DNA from: Octopus sinensis | Taxonomy: Eukaryota | Direction: 5' to 3' | Assembly: GCF_006345805.1 (NCBI RefSeq) | Contig: NW_021824018.1 | Coordinates: 1 to 20,469, forward strand | DNA: 20,469 bases | Part shown: positions 1 to 9,211 of the stretch, piece by piece | Position numbering within the stretch: position 1 is the stretch's first letter | Layout: each line of letters starts with the position of its first letter | Notes under the pieces: generated by a model | Database searches by the model: none | What the model was told of the DNA's origin: nothing | What the model saw: only the letters and a program-made list of their open reading frames with translations | Position numbers and translations under genes: made by a program

Positions 1-175
1 TGGTAGGCCATGCTGGAATATATATATATAAATATATAATATATATATATATATATAATATATATATATACATGTAAATACATATATACGTATACACACC
101 CCACACGTTCACACTCACATACATATGAGACGTGTTGGAGGTGCATATTTCATGCATCCACCATACACACTTAAA

Positions 176-210
176 TGATAATAATCATAATAATAATAAT
201 AACAATAATA

Positions 211-258
<48 letters not shown>
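176..258. repeat. (AAT)n microsatellite
   Basis: Near-perfect AAT run, directly visible. Confidence 0.97.
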
Positions 259-260
<2 letters not shown>

Positions 261-485
261 CCTACACAAAATACTTTCTATGTAATGTATCTCAGGTTTA
301 AAAAACAAACATAATTTTCGGTTTTTTTTTTTTAGACATTCACTAGTACAACACCAAAAAATATATATTTATATATGGCACACTAGGCATAACAACAACA
401 TGAACTTCCAACCTGTTGTCTCTTGAGGTCTCTGGGTGAGACTTGGAGCCAACTTGTACAATTATAAAGCAAAAGTCAAACATAG
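259..485 (+). mobile_element. Probable extreme 3' end (last codons + 3'UTR) of an R4/Dong-like non-LTR retrotransposon
   Basis: 259-285 reads ILHKILSM-stop, resembling the ILRKxLS C-terminus I associate with R4-clade ORFs. The unit is bracketed by (AAT)n on both sides. Only 8 codons, so tentative. Confidence 0.45.
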
Positions 486-495
486 AATAATTATA

Positions 496-532
<37 letters not shown>

Positions 533-545
533 GTAATAATAATAA
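486..545. repeat. (AAT)n microsatellite
   Basis: Directly visible; contiguous with the 3' end of the minus-strand SINE at 546-745. Confidence 0.95.
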
Positions 546-745
546 TCCTTTCTACTATAGGCACAAGGCCTGAAACTTGAGGGGAGGGGACTAGTTCAAT
601 ACATAAATCCCAGTGTTTAACTGGTACTTATTTTATCAACCCCGAAAAGATGAAAGTTAAGGTTGACTTTGTTGGAATTTGAACTCAGAATGCTGGAAGA
701 AATGCCGTTAAACATTTCATCCTGGAAGCTAAGGATTCTGCCAGG
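546..745 (-). mobile_element. tRNA-derived SINE, family C in this window
   Basis: Minus strand starts TGGCAGAAT and has a B-box-like GAGTTCAAATTCC. Body and tail (ataaaataagtaccag, ggccttgtgc) are similar to the copies at 8277-8480 and 18920-19120. Confidence 0.75.
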
Positions 746-1138
746 ATTGTTTCTTACTTTTATCTTTGTGAATGTGGGGACATTACCAGGACAAGATAGA
801 AAAAAAAAATTTGAAAACTTAGGTTGGTTACTCAGAACCAAGACCGATCGATAAAAGCCATCACAAAAAATCAACAATATAAAAGGGAAATGATATGAAG
901 CATTACAAACAGGTGCAGATTTGTAAGCAGTGCCATTTCAATGCATGGACACACTAAGAATCTGCCTAAGGGCTTCAAAGGTTTAGGGGCTCAATTGTAA
1001 TCTAAGTATGTTGTGACTTGCTGTCAATCAGTAAATACTACAGGGTGAAGGGCATTGATTTACACAGGGCCTACTATGCTGCGAAAACTGCTTGGCCTGT
1101 AAGAGATCAATGGTGGGGGAACCCCAAAGATCTTTTGA

Positions 1139-1368
1139 TTAACCCTTGAGCATTCAGACCACTTTGTCAAGTGTAATGCTTATTTATTCAAATAATTTTG
1201 AATCAACCATGTATTATCTTGTAGTTTCAAGATTTAAATTATATGATTGCTTATCTTTAGAATAACATTGTAGGGTATGTGTGAAAGGTCAAATCTGGTT
1301 AGCTTGAACATAAAAGAGGCAGAATATATCAGAATATATATTGGCTGTTTTGAGTGCTAAGGGGTTGA
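1139..1368. mobile_element. piggyBac-like MITE
   Basis: TTAA (1139-1142) + CCCTTGAGCATTCA ... TGAGTGCTAAGGGG + TTGA (1365-1368): about 11/14 terminal inverted repeat with a TTAA-type target duplication. Confidence 0.65.
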
Positions 1369-1699
1369 TTTTAATGTTAAGGCAAAGTGTTCCCTCTTCT
1401 GACAGGGTTATTTGGGCCATGTAAAACAATAACAATAGCAACAACTACAACAACAACAAGTATACAATAGTTGTGGTAACTAACCATTGAGTAAATGAAG
1501 AAGCAGGTATACAGGTGTTTAATGTCAGAAATAACAGCCATATTGACTCAAATTACACATAGGCTACTGTATTAGAGGAAGGACACATTGGGTTGTGTGG
1601 TGTTGGGTATTCTGAAGCAGGAAAAGGAAGAGAGTTTTAAGATGGCTTTGATGATGGATAAAATGGATCAGGGCTAAATAGCAACAACAACAATAATCG

Positions 1700-2230
1700 T
1701 TATGGAAGAGGAGAAGGAATGGGAGAAAAAAAGAAAGAAAGAAAGAGAGGAAGGAAGGAATGGAGGGAGGGAGGGAGGGAGGGGAGGGAAGGAAGGGAAA
1801 AAGGGTGAAAGGACAAAAGAAAAGGGAAAGAGGCAAGAAAGAAAAAGGTGAGAGAAGGAAAGAAGAGAAGAAAGAAATTAAGAAAGAAAGAAAGAAAAGG
1901 GGCAAAAGAAAGAAAGAGTAAAAGAAAATGAGTGAGAGAGAATAAAAGAAAAGGAATAAAACATACAGTAAAAGAATTTAAAGAAAGACAGAAAAAAGAA
2001 AGAAAGAAAGAAAAGAAAGAAGGAAAGAAAGAAAGAAAGAAAGAAAGAAAGGAAAAAGAAAGAAAGAAAGGAAAAGAAAGAAAGAAAGAAAGAAAAAAAA
2101 GAAAGAAAGAAAGAAAGAAAGGAAAAAGAAAGAAAGAAAGGAAAAAGAAAGAAAGAAAGGAAAAAGAAAGATAGAAAGGAAAAAGAAAGAAAGGAAGAAA
2201 GAAAGAAAGGAAAAAAGAAAGAAAGAAAAG
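1700..2230. repeat. Polypurine tract, (GGAG)/(GAAA)n
   Basis: About 530 bp almost devoid of pyrimidines; source of the spurious K/E/R-rich and F/L/S-rich ORFs. Confidence 0.97.
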
Positions 2231-2576
2231 CTAATTATGATTCATAAGTGTCAGAATAACATAAAAACAATAACGACAACAGCAAAAACAATAATCACAA
2301 CAACAACAATAATAATAGCAACGATACTAATAATAACAACAGTAATGGTAATAAAAAAAAGAAAACATATTGGAAAGTCTTTGTGTAGTTTTTGTCTTTG
2401 TAATATTTGTGTAGCCTATTCTTGCAAATGTTCCAGTGATAAGTTTCCAATGGACTTTGAGAGAATGATTGTGAAAACACTTTTGTTTGTATTAGTAAAC
2501 AGGTTGTTTAACAACACAGAAAGCACATTTTTTTAATTTCTGCATGAGTAAGCAGGTTGTTTCAAATTCTATATAG

Positions 2577-3143
2577 GTGCTGGCCTAATTGTGTGGTTAA
2601 GAAGATTGCTTCCCAGCCATGTGAATTTTTAGGTTCAATCCTACCGCATGGCACCTTGAGCAATTGTATTCTAAAAGGGTAAAGACCCCCTTCGGTCATG
2701 AATGACCATGGGGTTACGCCTAGAAAGTTACCCTCCGAGGCACATGTCCAGATAAGGTTGTTTATGGAAGACCAGTCGTCGCTCATGCATATCAACCTCT
2801 CCTCTCCATGCCACAAATGTTATCCAAGGGAAAGATAAAGGCCGATACAGCTTGCCACCAGTGCTGGCCTAATTGTGTGGTTAAGAAGATTGCTTCCCAA
2901 CCATGTGAATTTTGGGTTCAATCCTACCGCATGACACCTTGGGCAATTGTATTCTAAAAGGGTAAAGACCCCCTTCGGTCATGAATGACCATGGGGTTAT
3001 GCCTAGAAAGTTGCCCCTCGAGGCACAAGTCCAGGCAAGGTTGTTTATGGAAGACCGGTAATTGCCCATGCATATCAACCTCTCCTCTCCATGCCACAGA
3101 TGTTATCCAAGGGAAAGATAAAGGCCGATACAGCTTGCCACCA
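2577..3143. repeat. Head-to-tail duplication of a ~284-bp unit (+ strand family-B SINE head fused to - strand family-A2 SINE tail)
   Basis: Copies begin gtgctggcctaattgtgtgg at 2577 and 2861 and are about 93-94% identical by manual count. The head half resembles 17842-17930; the tail half is the reverse complement of 12150-12350. Confidence 0.92.
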
Positions 3144-3194
3144 GTGATGTCGCTACTCATTTCCACAGCTGAGTGAACTGGAAGAACATAGAAT

Positions 3195-3451
3195 AAAGTA
3201 CATTATTTATATTATTTACATATGATGGATATTTGTCCTCATTGTGTTTATTGTTAACATTTCGGCTGATATACCTTCCAGACTTCACCACATGTCTTGG
3301 GGAAATTTCGAACTTGGGTTCTCATTCCTAAGGTATTTTTCGATGTTATTATTATTATTATTTTTATCATTATTATTCAGGTCATTGCCTGGAATTGAAC
3401 TCAGAATCTTGGGGTTAGTAGCCCGTGCTCTTAACCACTGTGCCATATGCC
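3195..3451 (-). mobile_element. tRNA-headed SINE whose tail contains a decayed hammerhead-like motif
   Basis: A box TGGCACAGTGG (3445-3435), B box GAGTTCAATTCC (3402-3391), (AAT)n linker, hammerhead-like segment, then a TGTAAATAAT-type tandem tail near 3200-3220. Confidence 0.7.
3256..3295 (-). ncRNA. Degenerate minimal hammerhead ribozyme-like motif (probably inactive)
   Basis: ACAT-GTGGTGA-A-GTCTG(gaaggtatat)CAGCC-GAAA-TGTT. Core has 2 mismatches to CUGAUGA, stem II pairs 4/5, GAAA is intact, and the stem III/stem I 3' side looks deleted. Confidence 0.45.
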
Positions 3452-3496
3452 TATATTATAACTGTGTGTATATGTATGTATATATATATATATAAT

Positions 3497-3610
3497 TAGG
3501 CATGGTTAAGTGGTAAGGAGCTTACTTCTCAACTACATTGTTTTGAGTTCAGTCCCACTGCATGGTACCTTGGGTGAGTCTTCAACTATAAACTCAAGCC
3601 AACCAAGTAC
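3497..3610 (+). mobile_element. tRNA-derived SINE head, family B (partial)
   Basis: tggttaagtggtaaggagcttacttc...gagttcagtcccactgcatggtaccttggg, similar to 17842-17940. Confidence 0.7.
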
Positions 3611-3678
3611 ATATATATATGTATGTGTATATATATTATATATATATATATATATAATATATATTATGATAATATATG

Positions 3679-3953
3679 CAGGGTGCATAACACCAAAGAT
3701 TCTTTGAAAGCCGTCATAGTCAGAGTAATGTCCAAATTGAGCCAGGACCACTTGATTCAAGCATGTAGATGATTTAGATCTCATATAGAAGCAGTTGTTG
3801 AAGCTGAATGTGGTTTTATTGAATAATATTATAGAAAAGACGGTTTATATTTATCGTCATACCATTTTTTGATAAATAAAGTTATCTTTTATTATAAATC
3901 TGTTGGGTTTTTTTATAAACATAAATCTGTCCTCAAATATCTTATGCACCCTG
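3679..3953 (+). mobile_element. Internally deleted IS630/Tc1/mariner element with transposase C-terminal pseudogene fragment
   Basis: Perfect 12-bp terminal inverted repeats CAGGGTGCATAA (3679-3690) and TTATGCACCCTG (3942-3953). 3686-3826 translates HNTKDSLKAVIVRVMSKLSQDHLIQACR*FRSHIEAVVEAECGFIE*, typical of a Tc1/mariner-superfamily C-terminus. Lies among TA/TG repeats. Confidence 0.85.
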
Positions 3954-3980
3954 TGTGTGTGTGTATATATATATATATAT

Positions 3981-4200
3981 AACATGTGATCTCTTGAGCA
4001 CCACCAGCTCAAATATTTTTTCCTCTGTCTTCCCTTCTTGGGATCTTTCCTTCTCCTTGTTTCCGACGAAGAGCTCCGCTCGGAACATTAAACCCTCCTT
4101 CCCTTCTTTCCTGAGCGTCAATAATACTTTAATTGTTCCACGTCCTGCGTTGCTGTGTTTTTTTTCTCTTATTTTCTGTGTTTTCTTGTTTGGATTAACT
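3981..4200 (+). mobile_element. Probable Penelope-like terminal-repeat fragment inserted in (TA)n
   Basis: Pyrimidine/T-rich ~220-bp unit flanked by (TA)n on both sides and containing a minimal hammerhead-like motif. No coding sequence is present to confirm the class. Confidence 0.55.
4059..4093 (+). ncRNA. Minimal type-I hammerhead-like motif with core variants
   Basis: GTTT-CCGACGA-A-GAGC(tcc)GCTC-GGAA-CAT-T-AAAC. Stem I GTTT/AAAC and stem II GAGC/GCTC are perfect. The core deviates: CCGA for CUGA, GGAA for GAAA, ACAT for palindromic ACGT. Confidence 0.55.
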
Positions 4201-4774
4201 ATATATATATATTATATATATGTATACATGCATACATGCATATATTTATGTATAAAGAAATATATGCATGTATATATGTATGTATATATGTAAATATATG
4301 CATGTGTTTGTGAGGGTTTGTGTATATATGTATGCGCCTCTGTATTTATGTATGTATGAGCAAGTGTATGAGTGTATGTATATAGGTGTGTGTGTGTGTG
4401 TGTTTCTGTAAGCAGGGTCAACTCTGGGTATTAATGCCATTAGCCCGCACATGCACTAGTTGTATGACTAATTACATATCAGCAGGGAATATTTGTCAAC
4501 ATGGCTTTACTAAATAAGTCATTTGTTTGTTGTTTTGTTTATTTTCATTAAAAGTAATTTTATTACGATTTTGCAAATCACAGCTTTTTTTTTTCCCCCA
4601 GATAAGACACGTGACTTAGATCTAGGCACTCTCACACCACCAAGTCTTTGCATGTGCACACACACGCACACACACACATTCACACACACAACACACACAC
4701 ACACACACACACAAACACACAAACACACATATATAAATATATATATATATGTATACATACCATCATCATACATA

Positions 4775-5095
4775 TGGCAGTCTGTCAGCTACAACAATGA
4801 GGGTTCCAAGTTAATCCCATCAACAGAACAGCCTGCTTGTGAAATTAATGCGGTTGAGCACTCCACAGACATGCATACACTTGACGTAGTTCTCAGGGGC
4901 ATTCAGTGTGACACAGAGTGTGACAAAGCTGGCCCTTTTTTGAAATACAGGTACTACTCATTTGTGCCAGGTAAATGACCTGGAGCAATGTAAAATAAAG
5001 TGTCTTGCTCAAGGACATGACACATTGCTAGGAACTGAACTCATGATCATAAGATCATGAACTAAGTACCCTAACCACTAACCCATACACTTTCA
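4775..5095 (-). mobile_element. tRNA-derived SINE, family A (diverged copy)
   Basis: Colinear with 14467-14796 (ctggagcaa..aaataaagtgtcttgctcaaggaca; ccacagacatgcatacacttgacgtagttctc). Confidence 0.85.
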
Positions 5096-5126
5096 CCATT
5101 ATTTATATACATACGTATATATATCA

Positions 5127-5460
5127 TGATCATCATCATCATCGTTTAACGTCCGCCTTCCATGCTAGCATGGGTTAGACGGTTCAACTGGGGTCTGGGA
5201 AGTCAGAAGACTGCACCAGGCCCAGTCTGATCTGGCAGTGTTTCTACAGCTGGATGCCCTTCCTAATGCTAACCACTTCATGAGTGTAGTGGGTGCTTTT
5301 TACGTGCCAACGGCAAAGGTGCCAGATGAGGCTGGCAACAGCCACGATCGGATGGTGCTTTTTACGTGCCACCAGCACAGAGGCCAGTCAGGGCGGCGCT
5401 GGCTACGGCCACGTTCGCTGGTTCTCTTATGTGCCACACCAGCACTGGTATCACAGCTAC
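5127..5460 (-). mobile_element. Retroposon 3' region with (GAT)n tail (RTE-type 3'UTR-like) and three internal subrepeats
   Basis: Reverse complement of 11705-11921 (aggaagggcatccagctgtagaaac...ggacgttaaac-gatgatg). The RTE assignment is from recalled similarity only. Confidence 0.75.
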
Positions 5461-5569
5461 AAAGATATATATATATATATATATATATCTATCTATATAT
5501 ATATATTATATATATATATATATATGACACTATGTTTTTGGCATATATTTATATATACACACATATATA

Positions 5570-5850
5570 CAGGATGCATTCAGAAAGTATCTGACTTCAT
5601 TTTTTCCTGCCAAAACAAATACTGCATGGGCAAAATCTTTTTGATGGAAGATGACACCACCCTTCCTGCTCATGTGTGAAAATTTTTTAGCCTGTAGGCC
5701 GCATCAGTTCTCAACAGTCACACATGGAGCAGAGACATGTAGTGCGAACATTTTCATACATGCACAGGAAGGATGGTGTCACTTCCCACTGAAAGAATTT
5801 AGCCCATGTGGCATTAGATTTGGTGGGGAAAAAATGATGTCAAAAAGTTT
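5570..5850. mobile_element. Old mariner-like MITE / foldback
   Basis: TA + CAGGATGCATTC start. Arms at ~5592-5687 and ~5748-5842 are reverse complements at roughly 75-80% identity around a ~60-nt spacer. The right terminus is degenerate. Confidence 0.7.
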
Positions 5851-5981
5851 ATATATGTTGTGCCCACTCATTATATCTCTCCCCCAACCTTCCGATCCCA
5901 GCCACCTTTCAAAATCTTGTGAACTCACCCATCCACCCACCCTGTACAATGCCCCATCTAGTTCGCTGTATAACCCTTTTG

Positions 5982-6013
<32 letters not shown>

Positions 6014-6774
6014 ATGTGTCTGTATATATGTGTGTTCATGTATGTATAACAGTTTATATTGCACAACACTAATGTAAGAAAAATAAGAAACACTTCAATC
6101 CTTGGATCTTGCATATATATATATATATATATACATGTTTGTATATATGTATTTGTATATGTATATGTGTAAGTGTGCATATGTAAAATAATAAAATGTG
6201 TGAAAATTTTGGAGGAAGTATTTCCCTTTAAAATGTGTTTCTTTTACTAATTTGTATTACTTTTGGGAAAGCACTGGTGCATAATCAAAGTGTATATAGA
6301 CATTGATATATATACACCAATTTATATATATATATACATATAAGCATATATATACATGTATGTAAGTATGTGTATGAATTTTGAAACTACTTTTATTCAG
6401 TATACAAAAATCTCAATCAAGTTGCATTTGAGAATGGTATTTCCGGCATCCTGTCTAAATCAAAGAGAAACAATGTAAGAATTGGCATAAATATAACTTT
6501 ATTTTTTTTTTAAAAAAACGTAAGAGGAAACTCATTATTCAAAACCCATTTTTTAAAATTTTATTTTTCTGGCCTCCTTATGAGTTTATGTGTGCACATA
6601 TAAACACAGTTACATACATATATAGCTATGTGTGTGTGTGTGTATGTATGTGTGTATGTATGTATATCCATAGTAGATAGAAGCTTCATGCAAATTTCAC
6701 AATATCATTTATACAAGTGGTAATAAAAATGTTGTTCATTTCGTTCAACCCACCTTACAATACAGTATCCTATT

Positions 6775-6814
<40 letters not shown>

Positions 6815-6855
6815 CATCATCATTATTATTATCCTTTTTTTTCGTTTTGTTGCTA

Positions 6856-6896
<41 letters not shown>

Positions 6897-6900
6897 GTTG
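6775..6900. repeat. (ATT)n microsatellites
   Basis: Two ATT runs, directly visible. Confidence 0.95.
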
Positions 6901-7238
6901 TGGTTTCAGAATCCGATATCCTTGTTATTGACATGTAGCATAATCTAATATCCTTGTTATTATATGCATCGCAGTTTCTCTTTGATTTTCATTCCTTTCA
7001 ACGCTTAAGAAAATTTATTAACTAATTATATTCCGTTTTGGCAATTTCGGATTGCACACCATTTTTATTTTAATTATTTTATAATAAAAAAAATATGTGT
7101 GTGATTCTGCATGTGTATGAGTATGTGTATGTCTGTGTGTTTACGTGTTCATGTGTCTGTGAGTCTGTGTGCATCAGAGAGGGTGAAAAAGGAGAGTTCT
7201 TTGCTAGAAACAATATTTTTCTCATATTTCTTTTTCCT

Positions 7239-7283
<45 letters not shown>

Positions 7284-7540
7284 TCTTTCTCTCTCGTTCT
7301 CAAACACTCTTTTTAAAGTACTTGAGAAAAATTCCGGAACAGTAAAAAAACAAATACTTTGCAAAAATGAAAGGAAAAAATTAGAAAAAGAGGAAATTTT
7401 AGAAAAAGTGGGAAAAGAAAATTCTAAAGAAATTTCTTAAATTTCAAATTCATTTGAAAAATATGGTCGAGATAGCAATATATGTATGTGTTATAGAATC
7501 ATATACACATACACAAACCACACATAAATATTTGTCATTG

Positions 7541-7575
<35 letters not shown>

Positions 7576-8212
7576 TGCATACATACATATATATATATGT
7601 GTTTATGTATATATATATATGTGTATGTATGTATGTATGTATGTATGTATTTATGTATGTATATATGTATTATGTATGTATACTCACATTCATAATCATT
7701 TATTTATGTGAATATACACATGATGTATACACAGTCATTTAGAAGTTATATATACACATCTTTATGCATTCATGGTACATAGAAACAGCATAAGTGAAGA
7801 AATTTATGTTTACCATTCAAATTGTCTTGAAATTTGTTGATTTTCAGAAGACCAGTCCGGATATGTAACTGTACATATATGCATGTGTGTCTCAGTGTAT
7901 GTGTATGCATGTTTATATCAGTTCATATGTGTATGTATATGTGTATGTGTTCAAGTATATGTGAGAAAGAGAGAGTAAGAAAGAAAGAGAGATGAAGTGC
8001 ATATTAAACATCTTCACCTAGAAGTGAGTTCTTAGCCAATGGGTTAGCCTCAACATCGTCATATGACCTGATGGAATTATCCGCTTAGGTGGCTGAAGCT
8101 TTGAAGTATCTGACAACAACATTCTTTTTTAAGAATAATAAATTTGTATTCTGCAAAACTATGGAGTAACTATCGTTTTTATTATAACTGAACATAAAAA
8201 CGAACATTAATG

Positions 8213-8243
<31 letters not shown>

Positions 8244-8276
8244 TATGTGTGTGTGTGTGTGCATGTGTGTGTGTGT

Positions 8277-8480
8277 AAGGCATCAAGGTGACAGAATCTT
8301 TAGCATGCTAGGCAAGATGCTTAGTGACATTTCATCCCTTTTTACGTTCTTGGTTCAAATCCCGCCGAAGTCAACTTTGCCTCTCATCCTCTCAGTACCA
8401 GTTCTAAACTGTGATCGATACAATCTATTTATCCCACTCCCAACGAAATTGCTGGCCTTGTGCTAAAATTTGAAACCAAT
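8277..8480 (+). mobile_element. tRNA-derived SINE, family C
   Basis: B-box-like ggttcaaatccc; tail ggccttgtgctaaaatttgaaacc; similar to 546-745 (-). Confidence 0.75.
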
Positions 8481-8547
8481 ATATATATCTTTATATATAG
8501 CATACACACACACATACACACAAATATTTGCAATTTCTTACGTTCTT

Positions 8548-8628
8548 TCATTCTTTTACTTGTTTCAATCACCTGATTGCAACCATGCTGGAGCACCTCC
8601 TTTAGTCCAAGAAATCAACCCCCAAACT
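8548..8628 (-). mobile_element. 3' tail fragment of family D repeat
   Basis: acttgtttca...catgctggagcacc..ctttagtc matches 18012-18065 and the reverse complement of 12585-12655. Confidence 0.7.
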
Positions 8629-8793
8629 TATATATATATATATATAATATATATATATATATAGATATATTAATATATATATATATATATGATCGAAATG
8701 GTAAGACAACAAAAGAATGAAAGAGACCTCGATATTATGTAAATAAAGGAATTTATCTGTAAATGTAATATGTGACAATTATTCAGTAGCCAT

Positions 8794-8854
8794 AATAAAA
8801 CTCTGAGTTTTGGATGTCGGGGTCGATATTCACACCACCATCTCTTCAGTTATC
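8794..8854 (-). ncRNA. Type-I hammerhead-like motif, G12A variant
   Basis: GATAA-CTGAAGA-GATG...CATC-C-AAAA-CTC-A-GAG-T-T-TTATT. Stem I GATAA/TTATT pairs with one G.U; GAAA is mutated to AAAA. Confidence 0.6.
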
Positions 8855-8902
8855 TGGCCATTGGAAAAAATGCAATCAGAAAAAGGTATTTTCCGATGGC
8901 CG

Positions 8903-8963
8903 GAAAACTGAAGAGATGGTGGTGTGGATTTCCACCCCAACATCCGAAACTCAGAGTTTTATC
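8903..8963 (+). ncRNA. Type-I hammerhead ribozyme candidate with canonical core motifs
   Basis: GAAAA(8903-07)-CTGAAGA(8908-14)-stem II GATG/CATC with inner GTGG-ATTT-CCAC hairpin-C-GAAA(8946-49)-palindromic stem III ACTC-A-GAGT-T(8958)-TTATC(8959-63). Stem I pairs 4/5 and there is one bulged C at the base of stem II. Confidence 0.7.
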
Positions 8964-8992
8964 ATGGCTACCGAATAATTGTCACATATTAC

Positions 8993-9023
<31 letters not shown>

Positions 9024-9053
9024 TATGTATGTATATATATATATATATATATA

Positions 9054-9211
9054 TGACAGGCTTCTTTCAGTTTCTGTTTACCAAATCCACTCACAAGGCA
9101 TTGGTTGGCCTGAGGCTGTAGCAGAAGACACTTGCTGCTCAAGGGGCCATGCAGCAGGACTGAACCCGGTACCATATGGCTGGGAAGCAAGTTTCTTACC
9201 ACACAGCCATG
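9054..9211 (-). mobile_element. tRNA-derived SINE, family B
   Basis: Reverse-complement similarity to 17842-18005 along its whole length. Confidence 0.85.

Larger units (their letters stand above)
8690..8999. mobile_element. Head-to-head inverted pair of a hammerhead-bearing (probably Penelope-like) repeat
   Basis: Arms 8758-~8870 and ~8887-8999 are reverse complements with about 10 mismatches in ~110 bp. The left copy continues alone to ~8690. Flanked by (TA)n and (CA)n/(TA)n. Confidence 0.8.

Noticed and set aside
4585-4655. Strong + strand acceptor (ttttttttttcccccAG) before DKTRDLDLGTLTPPSL
   Set aside because: No credible donor follows before the CA repeat.
5292-5450. CRISPR-like repeat-spacer pattern
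   Set aside because: The apparent spacers are homologous to each other, so this is a diverged tandem repeat inside a retroposon. The context is eukaryotic and there are no cas genes.
7316-7440. K/E-rich peptide VLEKNSGTVKKQILCKNERKKLEKEEILEK as an exon
   Set aside because: A-rich low complexity, ends in a stop with no donor, and no recognisable homology.
7847-7870. 17-nt microexon (ttgattttcAG|AAGACCAGTCCGGATAT|GTAACT)
   Set aside because: Mediocre donor, frame-shifting length and no supporting context.
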